Source: Schizochytrium sp. TIO01
Lineage: Eukaryota > Protista > Bigyra: Labyrinthulomycetes
Direction: 5' to 3'
Length of the DNA: 64,000 nucleotides
Assembly (NCBI GenBank): GCA_004764695.1
Contig: SMSO01000014.1
Coordinates: forward strand, 1,235,648 to 1,299,647
The notes beneath the pieces were generated by a model. That model searched no databases and had not been told where the DNA came from. It saw nothing but the letters and a program-made list of their open reading frames with translations. The position numbers were made by a program, and so were the translations under genes. This document shows positions 34,735-45,869 of this stretch, piece by piece (the first letter of the stretch is position 1; every line of letters begins with the position of its first letter).

Positions 34735-35239
34735 CCTGACAGGTCTGGCATTTAAAACTTGTGTTTAAACCAGGCTCCTTGCAATCAGGGGTGTTTGGAC
34801 TCAAGTGTCTTCAGTATTCTCATGAATCCACACATCATAGCCATACTAGGTTTGTTAACCTGGTTCTGTTCTTGATTGTTGAACATATTTTTGATGAGTA
34901 GATTATGCTATGCCAGATCGTTGCTGACATAGCTGCTTGCGGTGCTTGTGCCTCTTCATTGCGAATGTAGTATGATAAATTAGCGCACTTTGCGTAACTT
35001 TGGAAGTTGAGAGAGATCGAAATACCAAATAGATGGTATGCTAATATATATTTTCCCCAGGCGTTTTGGTGATGGTGATGAAGAAGGATTACCTCATACA
35101 TGCATGCGTGTATTTGGTTGCTCACCCGTTTCTTCCCTTTATATTTACAAAAAACAATCATTTTTTATTCAAATGGTATATATAATATCTCTGTTTATTA
35201 TGAACATTTTGGCAATCGAAATAGTGCCTATCAGGTTTT

Positions 35240-36015
35240 CTAGCTGAGATGGTCCTGAATGTTGACTTGCCCAAGCATCCAAGCATCAGGAGTGTTATGG
35301 GTACCTATGCGTGTTGCGCGAATTAAGCCTGTATTATCAAGCGCAACCGTGTGGCTTGTGGCCCAGGGTGCGTCATTCAGCCATCGTATAAACGCCTTGA
35401 AGGCAACGCCATGTCCAACAATAGCAATATTGTGGCGGCCTTTCGTAGGGTCAGTAGCTTCGTGAATGGCCTCAAGAATGCGGGTCTCAAGTTCCTGCTT
35501 GGACTCGCCCCCTGGGGCCTTAAAATTACGTGGATCCTTTGCGATTTCCTCGAGTGTCTCACCTGAATAGCATTCCTTGCGTAGTTTATCAGACCACTCC
35601 CCCTGCTCAAGCTCCACAAGACGGTCATCGAGGCGGATTGGAACTTTGTTTCTTGTTCCATACTTTTGACCATAATCTTTGCTGTTTCACGTGCTCTGAC
35701 GGCTACTGAAGCGAAAACAGCATCAAAGGTTACTCCCTGCTCCCGAAGCCAGACTCCTAATTGATGTGCTTGATCCTTGCCAAGTTGCGTAAGCGGTGAT
35801 GAGTTTGAACGACCTCCTACACGCTCCGCTACCGACAGGTTCATTTCGCACTGTCCATGACGCACAAGCCACACCTGAACTTGCTGGTGCGTTGTCTCAG
35901 GTTTGGGTTCAGGCTTGGCTTCGTCTTCATTAGACAGCTTCAATGTCTTCTTCGCCGCAGCAGTTTCGTCTTCGCGGCGTTCTCGCTTCAAACATGACCT
36001 CTCTTCGTGCGCCAT
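35240..36015 (-). CDS. Histidine phosphatase / phosphoglycerate mutase family (frameshift ~35645-35651)
   Basis: LVRHGQ, PLTQLGKDQA, SVAVRARETA, then DDRLVELEQGEW, PGGES, IVGHG in the other frame. Confidence 0.88.
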
Positions 36016-36870
36016 GACGACCAGGAAGAGGTCCTCCAATGCGTGCTTGCTGCTCTGTCTTGCAAGTTTGACTCTAAGGATTGATTGCTTTGGCTGATTT
36101 TCCGTCTCTTGTGCAAAGTGCACATCACCTACATCTAATGTAAACACTACTAGTAGGTACCCCATCTACGATTAGCCTCTTCTTTTCCTTCTCAGGTCTG
36201 CGGGTTCTCGTCAAAGAAACATGGAGATAATAGTCTCAGCAGCTGCACGCTCGTTGTCTAGGGCCAGTCATTGATGCGCCGTGAACATGATCGATTTCAT
36301 GACGACAACAATTCTACTATTGCTGCTGGGTACACCGAAGCACTCAATTGTTTAGTGACGTGTATAATACTTCTGCACTTCGAACAGGGTCAAGCAAGAA
36401 GCTAGTCCTCCCTTGCTTCTTTCTAAGTTGGGTGCCACCTAACTTCTGAGATTGTCATTATAATTGAAAATAAGAACCTGAAAGTTCGGGGCTGGGCTTG
36501 AAAGAGGCCACTGGCATGAGCACTAAAGGATTCTGGCATTGATTGATACACAGCAAAAGTCAGGTCAAGGTGTCAAGCAATTTCGGGTATGTATTTACTT
36601 TTGCGCAACATCATCAGAAAGAGACTAGAGACTAACAGCCCATTAGAGAAGACTAGTAAAATTGCTATCTTTCCTGCCTTTGGTAATTGTTATTAGCAAG
36701 GCATTTCCTCGATCGTTGAAGTAAGTAGGTAAGTAGGTAAGAAGGTAAGTAAGTAGAGTAGGTACTAGAAACAAGGCCTATCATCCGATAGAATTGTTTT
36801 TTTAATGAATAAGATGCCATGACCTGGAACAGGAACAGACGGTATTCTAGGTTAGCAGCAACCACCCGGC

Positions 36871-38856
36871 ATGGCCAACACGGTCACGAAGGAGAAGCTA
36901 CTGCAGCTGATCAAGGACCAACAGGCAGAGCTAATTTCGGTGAGAAAAGCTCGCGACGACCTACAAACTCGCCTTGACGCCGCTCTTACAAACCAAGCGG
37001 GCAACCCAAGCAGCCATGAATTGAACGGCGCCCATGACAACCGCAACAATAACCACGACGACGACGACGACGACGACGTCAACAATGACCTCTTGGGCCT
37101 TGGCGAAGACATTGGGAATGAGACACATGACTCTGATATCGAAGTTGAGGATCTCAAACGCAATTTGAAGAATGCCGAAGAGAAGAACCGGGAGCTGGAA
37201 ATGGAGCTCGAGAGGCTTCAGGCAGAACAGGATGCGTCCCGACAAGCGCTCCTTGAACGCCAGGATTCATCTCAACTCCTCGCAGAAACTCAGGAAGAGC
37301 TTCTGGCCAAAAAGCGAGAAGCTTCCACGGCTGGTGATGAGCGAAACGCACTGCAAAAACAGTGTAACAACTTGCATCAGGAGTTGGCAGAAGTGCAAGA
37401 AGCGAATGCGCATCTCAAGAAAGAACTTGCCACAGTCAAACGCGAGTTTGAGGAGAAAGTTGCCGCCCTTGATGAGGAGCTTCTTACTGTACGTGAAGAT
37501 TTTGCACGTGCTGCAAAAGAGCGAGATAATGCACAACGGCAAAGACATGCAGCGGAGCTGGAACCGATGCAGATGGAACTTCAGGCGACACAACAGAACC
37601 TTAAAAACTCACAAGCAAAGGTTGAGCGTTTGCAGTCTGAGATAGATGAACAAACCAAACAAATCACAGTGCTGAAAGAAGCCTTGGTGAATGCAGAGTC
37701 TAACGCAGAGCTTGCAAACGCTGAAGTTTCGATCGCGGGAGAGGCGGCCTTGCGCGAGGCTGAGGAGAAGCTTCAAGCGGCAAAAACCTCCGCAGAACTC
37801 GCTCAGGCAGAGTTAGAGGAGCTTTTGCATGCCAGGAATTCTGAGCTAGAGAACATTAAAGTCATTGAAAACGAGCACGTAGCAGAGATTGGCCGTCTAA
37901 AAGAAGAATTAGAGAAGAGCCAATCTAGACTAGCAGCAGCCATAGAAAGTAGTGGCGAAACTGAGGTTCTTATCAGCGAGTTACAAGAGGAGCTGAAAGC
38001 AAAGGAACGCGAATTTGAAGACGCTCAGGCTGGGCAGCGAGAGGCCCAGCAACTTCTTGTAGAGGCTCAGTCTGAGCTGCATGAAGTGCGGAACTCTTTA
38101 GAAGAGCTTGAACAAAGCTCTGAATCTCAACTCATGGAGCTTAAGGAAAAGCTTTTGCAAGTAAACCGTGAGCGCGAGGAGAAGGAATTAGAACTTTCTT
38201 CTCTTCGCGAGAACGAACTTGCCCTTCATGCACAGAAACGATCAGCCGAGGCTGAGCTTAGTGCGCTCCGAGACCAGGTGGATACCGCTCAGGATGAGAT
38301 GATTGGCTTAAGAGAAGACCTTAACAAGGCGCGTGACTACTTGGAAGAGACCAAAACGGATCTACATCAGTCTCGCGAGCAATTGCGAAGATCAGGGGGA
38401 GAGCTTCAGCAAGCTCAAGATCAAATAGGTAGTCTTGAGGCTCGCTGTGAGAGTCAAATCCTAAAAGTTCAGGAACTTCGTGCAGAGCTGGAACACGTTT
38501 CTGGGGACATTTGGAGCGACCCTAGTGATCTTGATGACGTTCCTGCCCCTCCTTTCGGCCTTGATGACCCAGTAATTGAGAATGTCTTTGCAAACTGGAC
38601 CCAAGACAGTGCGAAGATAAACATGTTTCGTGGTTGGTGCAAGGGTATCCTGGCGGGCGAAGACGTTGACGAAACCACAATGAGAAAGAAGTTGGAGATT
38701 ATCAATTTGAAGCCGGAAGTGTGCCAAGGATTCACACAACTTATTGTTCCCATTCTTCGAGCAGGCCGTCCGGATCTTGCCATATCAGCACAAACGAAGG
38801 CCCAGGTACTATATAGCTTGCGTTTGAAAGTGAGCTCAAATTCTGAACTCGTGTAG
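36871..38856 (+). CDS. Long coiled-coil protein
   Basis: 661-aa E/L/Q/A-rich heptad ORF with small globular C-terminus. Confidence 0.85.
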   Translation: MANTVTKEKLLQLIKDQQAELISVRKARDDLQTRLDAALTNQAGNPSSHELNGAHDNRNNNHDDDDDDDVNNDLLGLGEDIGNETHDSDIEVEDLKRNLKNAEEKNRELEMELERLQAEQDASRQALLERQDSSQLLAETQEELLAKKREASTAGDERNALQKQCNNLHQELAEVQEANAHLKKELATVKREFEEKVAALDEELLTVREDFARAAKERDNAQRQRHAAELEPMQMELQATQQNLKNSQAKVERLQSEIDEQTKQITVLKEALVNAESNAELANAEVSIAGEAALREAEEKLQAAKTSAELAQAELEELLHARNSELENIKVIENEHVAEIGRLKEELEKSQSRLAAAIESSGETEVLISELQEELKAKEREFEDAQAGQREAQQLLVEAQSELHEVRNSLEELEQSSESQLMELKEKLLQVNREREEKELELSSLRENELALHAQKRSAEAELSALRDQVDTAQDEMIGLREDLNKARDYLEETKTDLHQSREQLRRSGGELQQAQDQIGSLEARCESQILKVQELRAELEHVSGDIWSDPSDLDDVPAPPFGLDDPVIENVFANWTQDSAKINMFRGWCKGILAGEDVDETTMRKKLEIINLKPEVCQGFTQLIVPILRAGRPDLAISAQTKAQVLYSLRLKVSSNSELV

Positions 38857-39179
38857 ACGAAATGGAGACACATTAATTTTATGCTTTGTACCCCCCCCCC
38901 CGCCCAAGTTTCTTGTTGTTTGATAGTTTATGCCTATGCACCTCTGGCTAACAATGTTCATATAAAGCAGGCAACTAAACAAGAGTTCTATTCCCTGTAG
39001 TTGATCTTATAATTTCCCCTTGATTGTTAAATCCAGCAAAGGTCATACCTGCATAAATTGAACGCTTTCAGTCTTATATCTGGAAATGTATGTGATAGAA
39101 ATTATCCTCAAAACAGAATTTTTCTTGGAGTTAGTTTACAGTATGTAATACAAAGAAATGTGAATTTCGCTTGATCATT

Positions 39180-39647
39180 CTACTTGGTCACATTTAAGCC
39201 CTCGAGCCTGATCTGAGCCTCCAAGTAGCTCGTGAAGTCTCCATGGTTTCTTCGAAAAGACAATTCTGAATTAAGAATCTCGGGGTGAATGTCTTTGCTG
39301 ATAGCTTGGAAAGTTCTTTTTGTTGTTGATGCAGCTGGCTCCGGCTCTTCGGGGTGCTGGAACACAAAGTTCTTGAGACGAGATTTATTTTTTGCATTGC
39401 CACCTCCGTATCGCTTTGCATTTTTATACGGGTCATCAGAGAGTCGAAGTTTAACACGGTCAAGTTCATTTCGTGCTTGATGCATCTGTTGTGTCACTCT
39501 TACTTTGCGTTTCTCGCTAGCCTCTTCAAGTTTCTCGTGGACTTTATCGAGCTTTTCAAGAAGCTTCTCACGTTTTGTCAACGCAGCTTTGCGCCGTGCT
39601 TCCAACCTTGCCTCTTCGCTCAAACCTGTTAGAACATACTGACTCAT
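39180..39647 (-). CDS. Hypothetical basic coiled-coil protein
   Basis: 155-aa ATG-initiated ORF with protein-like composition. Confidence 0.65.
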   Translation of the reverse strand: MSQYVLTGLSEEARLEARRKAALTKREKLLEKLDKVHEKLEEASEKRKVRVTQQMHQARNELDRVKLRLSDDPYKNAKRYGGGNAKNKSRLKNFVFQHPEEPEPAASTTKRTFQAISKDIHPEILNSELSFRRNHGDFTSYLEAQIRLEGLNVTK

Positions 39648-41460
39648 GATAGTGGGCCGGGGGAAGTTAAGATGACAAAAGAAAAGTAGATAATACTCTC
39701 TTTTATAAAATGTGTATTGATGTTAGGCTTGAACGTCCGCGTAAATGGAGGCCGCGATCTTGGCACAGTTTCTTTGATAGCAAACTATACCTTGATGCGT
39801 GGCTCTCGGTGTGCGTTTGGTGTAAAACAATTCGTCGAACAAGCAAAATCCCTTTACCTCTACGAGTCTGGCTCTGAAGACTATTGCTAGCTCTAGAACC
39901 AGCTTTTTCCTAGGGAGGTAGTCGTCTCTTCTGATTCACCCTGGGTAGATATGTTTTCCCTAGCCTTGCGTTTTCTTTGACCAAAGCTTTTCCAAATGCC
40001 ATATATCAAAAGAGGGCAGAGCACCTGCCGATGACTGCCATCAGTCGTAGCTTAGTGCCTCAATCACGCTTAATCTGACACTGCGTTCTCAAAACCCCAG
40101 AGTTCTATGCGCCACTACAACGCAACTTCAAGTACACACATCACACTCACACCGTAACGGACTCCTATCACACTATAATAGTGTCCCTCTCTGTTGGACT
40201 ATCTTCTGTTGGGCTTTTGGGTCTGCGCACCTGTTGGTGCCAGCATCATCGCAAGCGGTGGAGGAGACTCTGCTCAGCGCTGGCAGATGTTCCCGTGCCA
40301 CCCACTGCTTATCCTCACCTCGCTTCCGCCAGGCCCTTGCTTGCTGAGTGGCCGCTCCCTGATCTCTCTGGAGCTGGGCCCTCTTCCATATTAGTTCCGC
40401 CACGATTCCACTTTTTTCTCTTATAACTATTTTGTTTTTAATTAAACATTGTACTTTTAAACTTTAAAAGTAAAAAAGAAAGAAATTTGTGTGTCTCTCA
40501 GGAAACTATCTATTCAACCTCAAAGCTGGGCACCTCTCGATCAAAGCTGCCTGGCTCCGGACCAGCCAGCCGGCAGGTGCAAGGAACGCCCGCTGGCTCT
40601 CGTAACTTCCTCGCCGAGCCAGGCTGGAAGCCGCCAAGAACTTAGTCAGCGGAGCAAGCCGACTCACGAACCGTGTTTCGTGTTTGCTCGCTGCTGTCTC
40701 CTTTGTGGCGAACCCTCGATTCCCAAATAACTAACTTTACATATTCACGCACATCATGTGAACAAAGCTGGTAGGCGGTAGTAGGTAACGCCTACCTACC
40801 CTCGCTAGAAACTGAACAAAGCGATTAGTAAGCGAGCAATTCGTCGCTCCGGTTCAATGCAGACAAGCCCAAGCCCAAAGGCCAACGAGAAGAGCTCCAA
40901 GGTCGGTCCTCGAGCTCCGGGGCCTTCCCAGGTCAAAGCGAACTCGTCCATCATTTTTAATTGGAACCCCAACCGTGTGTCTTGAGCCGCTCTCAACCAC
41001 GCGACCTACCTATCCGGTCCTTTACTTGAGCAGACGAGCAGAACCTCGGCCAAGGCGTGCCCACAAACGATGCCGGTCATGATCACGGTGGAGGTACCAA
41101 TCCTCAAGTTGATCACGGCGCCAAAGTGCTGAGTGCTGAGCACCCCGCCTTCGAAGGCGCACCTCCACCAAGAGCAGCAGATACCGAGCCTCGCCGTGCA
41201 TCATGCGGGAAGGAAGTAAGGCAGGCAGGAGAGGAGGAAGCTCCCTCCCATCTCCTCTCGCCCGTCAGACTTCCTCTTCGATGTCCTTTCCTCGCGTCCT
41301 CCTCTCCCGCAGCCTTCCCATCCTCGACACCCCCGCTCTTCCCTCGACCATCATCCACGCGCCCTGAGGCGCCCACGAGCCCAGAGCTTGCAAGGACCTC
41401 ATCGCGGACTTCTCCTTCTCCTTCTTCTCCATCTCTGTCTGCGCTGTCCCCTGCTGTTCT

Positions 41461-41516
41461 TTTCGTTCCTCCCGCTGCGTTCCGTTCTTTTCGTTCCTCC
41501 CGCTGCGTTCCGTTCT
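41461..41516 (+). repeat. 28-bp tandem duplication
   Basis: TTTCGTTCCTCCCGCTGCGTTCCGTTCT x2. Confidence 0.9.
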
Positions 41517-41647
41517 CTCTGTCTGGCTGCCGCTATTTCGAGTATAGTGCCTCGCACCTTCAATCGCTCCGCGTAGTTCCCGCGCCTAGCCCCGCGCATA
41601 GGGGTAACCTTAGGAGTGCCTCATTCAAAGATGGATCAGCGAAAGAA

Positions 41648-41677
41648 TTCGTTCGTTCGTTCGTTCGTTCGTTCGTT
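41648..41677 (+). repeat. (TTCG)n microsatellite
   Basis: About 7 perfect units; further (CTGC)n and (CTGG)n runs at ~41895 and ~41976. Confidence 0.9.
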
Positions 41678-42465
41678 CTACTCTCAGCTTCGGATCGATG
41701 TCTCTGCCTGCGCTGCGTGGGCGGCAGACCGTTTGCGGGCTGCGGCAAGGGGCTGCGGCGGATACGCGCGTGCGAGCGAGAGGAGGACTCACCGGCGGCG
41801 GTCGGTCGGTCGGTCTGTCTGCGCAGAGGCTTCTTTTCTGTTCTGCGGTGAACTTGGATCATTCGAGGGGCTTCAGCGAAGAACCGCTGACTGACTGCCT
41901 GCCTGCCTGCCTGCGAAGCACCGCCACAGCTTTCTCAGAAGACTGCGCTTGCCTCCTTGCTCGACTCCCAGCTTGCTGGCTGGCTGGCTGGCTGGCCTGC
42001 GCGCCGTGCCCCTCGCCCGGTCCCTGCGAGCGTGGGCTCGGCTTGGCTCTTGTTTGGGCTCGAATTCAAATCGATTGATTCGAATTCGAATTCAAATTCG
42101 ACCCGGAATCAACTTTTTGTTTTATTCACCTTTACCATACATAGAGAAGGAGTAAGAAAACTTGGATTCGAAGAGGAATTTGGAGAGCCACCTTTAATTT
42201 TTTTTTCTTTTTTTCTTTTCTTTAAATTAATTCTAGGTGGAATCAAGCCTCATTTGGGGAGACGAGATAGTTAGCAAGCAGAAACTGAATACATACATAC
42301 ATACATACGTACAAAGGGCTCTTGGGCACAAAGCTAGCTAGTGCCGACCCTGTGGAGGCACGGAGCAGGCAGAACCTTCTCAACAGGTGGGAGAGGAGAG
42401 CTCGTGGGATCTTGGGGCTGTTTTCGCGTTGGCATCGAGTGCTGAGGAAAGGCTTGGGAAGCACC

Positions 42466-43074
42466 ATGCTTAAGAATGAGGGATATGGACAAAATGGCCG
42501 CAGGGACGATGAGACCGTGTCGGTGACGGCAGTGCCACTGGAGCCGAGTGTGAACTGGTCCGATGTGCCCATGGCTACACCCGTGGAGGATCAAATGGTT
42601 CGTGATGCTGCCCCACTGTCGCCACCGCCACCTCCAAGGCCGCCACAAGCGCCTGCGCACTCCAATTCGGGACCTGCGCACTCCAATTCAGGACCTTCGC
42701 ACTCCAATTCAAGGCCTGCACACGCAAACTCGAATCCACAACAAACCAGAAACACGAATGGAAACCATGCAGGAGGCAGCAATCAACGTGGCAACCACCG
42801 CCCTCCCCAACCACAGCCTCAGAGAGGCGGGCAGCGCCGTGGGGCACCACCCAAACAGCGTGGAGGCCAGTTCACGGCGTCAGCAGACCCAAGGCTGGCA
42901 TCAAGAGGTATTCCTGCCGGAGGTCGCTACTCAAGTGAATCGTACTGTGGCCCGGTCTCAATTCTCCTGGGTATCTGGTTGTGTGTATGGCCCTGCCAGC
43001 TGTGTTGCTGCTGCTACTGTGACAAACGAGAGGTCTACAAGGCTCCGGATGGCAGACGCATTGTGCTTAAGTAG
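42466..43074 (+). CDS. Pro/Gln-rich protein with Cys-rich membrane tail (CYSTM-like)
   Basis: First ATG 42466; PAHSNSG 21-nt repeats ~42652-42735; YCGPVSILLGIWLCVWPCQLCCCCYCD. Confidence 0.75.
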   Translation: MLKNEGYGQNGRRDDETVSVTAVPLEPSVNWSDVPMATPVEDQMVRDAAPLSPPPPPRPPQAPAHSNSGPAHSNSGPSHSNSRPAHANSNPQQTRNTNGNHAGGSNQRGNHRPPQPQPQRGGQRRGAPPKQRGGQFTASADPRLASRGIPAGGRYSSESYCGPVSILLGIWLCVWPCQLCCCCYCDKREVYKAPDGRRIVLK

Positions 43075-44549
43075 GAAATGAACTTGCATACCCATCATGG
43101 GCTGACAAAATTCTACGAAATGCTCGCTGCAGTCTATCCTTGGCCATTCAGATTCGTCCAAGGCACTGCACATTGCTACGGGACCACTATGGGACCACAG
43201 CAATTGGTCACGCCAGACGACTATTTAAATGCGCATCTGAGGACTGCATTCTTTAATTTTTCTTTCTCCGTGAGACAGAAGCATCCATGCACGAGGTTGG
43301 CATGTGCTTTAATTGACCTTTTGCTTGAACAAGGCGAAGGAACACCGTGTGTCTGCCTGAAGCTTGAACATTGACGAAATAACCAGACTTAAAGCAACTC
43401 CCTGCCATTCTGCGTGCACAGGAGCCTGCACTCAGAATAGCTCCGTGTGCAACCCCTGTGCGCCATGTTAGGAAGAGATCTTTGTACACAAGCAGCGGTG
43501 ATTGTACACCTCAACTATCAGCGATCAGCGCTGCCACACCCTTTTAGAAACAGAAAATTAGAAAACGAAGAATTACAGAACCCATTTCGGAATTCGCTTT
43601 GCTTACAATATGCTCATGGTCCTACGAAATTGATCCAAAGCAGTTCAAAGCTGTTGAGATTTGTAGTTTATAGTCATTTTGTTGATGTGCACCTGAGCAT
43701 TAACTTGGAAACATGCAGATTTTAACATGAAGCTTCAGCTCCTGAATGCAATCAATATTATATACCTCTTAAAGTACACACGTACGTTAAATTTTAAGAT
43801 CAAGCTACTCTAATTTGAAGGCTGATCCCACTGATTCAGCATTGTAGAAGCAACTGATAGATAATGCACTCCAAGTTTAGGCTTGTTTCACTGTATAGTT
43901 CACATATGAATCTACTTTCGTCCTCAATAGGACTTTGCGTTGCTATACATATGCGTGTGGCTATTCTTACATCCTACAACATGTGCTACTCTTGCAGTCG
44001 TTTGCTACCAAGTGCTCAAGCAAGAGCAAGATTGGATGATATTAATCATATCCGATTAGTATTGCTACTTCTTGCAAAATGTGGGGATATCTATTCTTCC
44101 CCATCATTATTCAAATATAGTTGCATTCCTATTCTAGACAGAACCTTTCACATAAATCTCAACAATTCAAAAAATAATGATAACATCAACAAATATATGT
44201 CCAGTCCAAGTTATTTTAATTTTTTATTATTGCAAGTACTTTCTTTATCTGTGATTCCTCGTAACATGATCTCGAACCATAGAAATCACAATATCTTAGG
44301 TGAGAACAGTGTCAGGCTATTTATTGGATTTTCCAGGACAGAGCTTATACATGTACTAATGGGTCTACAACATGAGGGTAAATGCAGTATCAAATGTACG
44401 AAACTTCAAAACCTTTAAAACCTTTGAAACATATGGAAATGATGTGTAACCTTTATATATATATATAAGATAGAATCTGTTCAAACCAGGAATAAGAAAA
44501 GGGGATTCACAAAGCTTACAGCTTGGAAAGGCAATCGTGTCAGGCCAAT

Positions 44550-45869
44550 CTAAAGCTTTGCTTCGTTGATACCATCTGGGACGGCAGTTGCAACAGTGAC
44601 ACCGCTAAAACGGCCAGTAGGATCAAAACGCTCCTTCAACTCATCGTACTTGTCAAAAAGGTACTGCAGAGAATCATCCATCACAAAGAGCTTTCCGACA
44701 TGGGGGCGGAGAGGCCCGTACTTCTTGTAGATTGGCTGAATAATATCGCGCAATGCAACAACAACTCGGTCCTGACGGTAGTGCCAAGTCATGTGGATGC
44801 CAACAAAGCGCTGGCTGCTCGGGCCTTGAATGACACTGAGGGGTAGTTGATCACCAGTCATGACACGCAGCTCAGTGACCACGCAAAGGTATCCGAAGTC
44901 CTTAGAGCGAGCAGACAAGTCACGGAGCGCCGCTGCAGTCTTCTCAACCGGGAGGAAAAACTCTGTCTGGAGCTCCATTCCAACGCCAGAAGAAGGGACG
45001 CCAGAGGGAATAAAGTGGTATTGGCAACGATTCACTGAAGAAAGCCCAACTGCAATGCAGTTGCGGCCGTCGAGCTCGGGGACCGGGTGAACTGATTCAC
45101 CTTCCTTGAGCTCCTCGGAATCAGGGAAGAGATCCCTGACATTTGCCGGAGCTTTCCCAGAGCTGTGCCCAACCCAAGCAGAGTTGAACTCTCCACCATA
45201 GCGAGTCCAGCGGCAAAACAGGCTGACGTAATCACCACTCTGGAAAACCTGCTCAAGATTGTCAATGATGCCGTCCCAGTCAGGTCGAAGAAATATTTGC
45301 TTGTAAACCTGGTGAATCGGGTAAGTCTTCATGGTCATTCCAGTTACTACACCAGCGGAACCCCAACTCTGGACTACCCAACCGAGCTCTTCGCTCTCAG
45401 TGGTAATTTCATCTAGGGTGCCATCACTGCGTACAAACTCCACTGCGACCACTTCGTTACCCATCGTGGGTTTGTTCCAGCCAGATCCGTGCGTGCCTGT
45501 CATCACACTGCCAACAACTGTGATATGCGGAAGACTGGGGGCATTCATAATGGAAACACCCTCCTCCTCGCATGCTTCGAGGAGCTTCGTGTATGTCACG
45601 CCGGCACCAAAGCGGACAAGACCTTCGTCCTTTAAAAACTCAATCTTGCCGAACGACTCATTCCGAAGACGAATATGGGTCCCCGTTGTGTTCGCAATCG
45701 GTGAAAAGCAGTGGCCGGTTCCAATGACCCGCACGCTGCCTTTGGCATTCTTGATAAGTTCCGCAAGCTGCTTGGCATCGGTTGGCTCGAGCACCTCCGA
45801 CCGAGACCATTTCACATTACCAGCCCAGTTGGACGTCGCCACATAATCTACGGGCACACGAGTCGTCAT
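44550..45869 (-). CDS. FAD-linked alditol/xylitol oxidase-like protein (VAO/ALO family)
   Basis: NWAGN, GTGHCFS (covalent-FAD His), NAPSLPHITVVGSVMTGTHGSG, ELQTEFF, HMTW, RPHVGK, FDPTGRF. Confidence 0.9.
   Translation of the reverse strand: MTTRVPVDYVATSNWAGNVKWSRSEVLEPTDAKQLAELIKNAKGSVRVIGTGHCFSPIANTTGTHIRLRNESFGKIEFLKDEGLVRFGAGVTYTKLLEACEEEGVSIMNAPSLPHITVVGSVMTGTHGSGWNKPTMGNEVVAVEFVRSDGTLDEITTESEELGWVVQSWGSAGVVTGMTMKTYPIHQVYKQIFLRPDWDGIIDNLEQVFQSGDYVSLFCRWTRYGGEFNSAWVGHSSGKAPANVRDLFPDSEELKEGESVHPVPELDGRNCIAVGLSSVNRCQYHFIPSGVPSSGVGMELQTEFFLPVEKTAAALRDLSARSKDFGYLCVVTELRVMTGDQLPLSVIQGPSSQRFVGIHMTWHYRQDRVVVALRDIIQPIYKKYGPLRPHVGKLFVMDDSLQYLFDKYDELKERFDPTGRFSGVTVATAVPDGINEAKL

Noticed and set aside
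41057-41851. 264-aa plus-strand ORF
   Set aside because: Runs through microsatellites and low-complexity GC-rich DNA; no domain; likely spurious.
43864-44418. 184-aa AT-rich ORF (likewise 49538-50089)
   Set aside because: Composition resembles intergenic DNA and no motifs were recognised.
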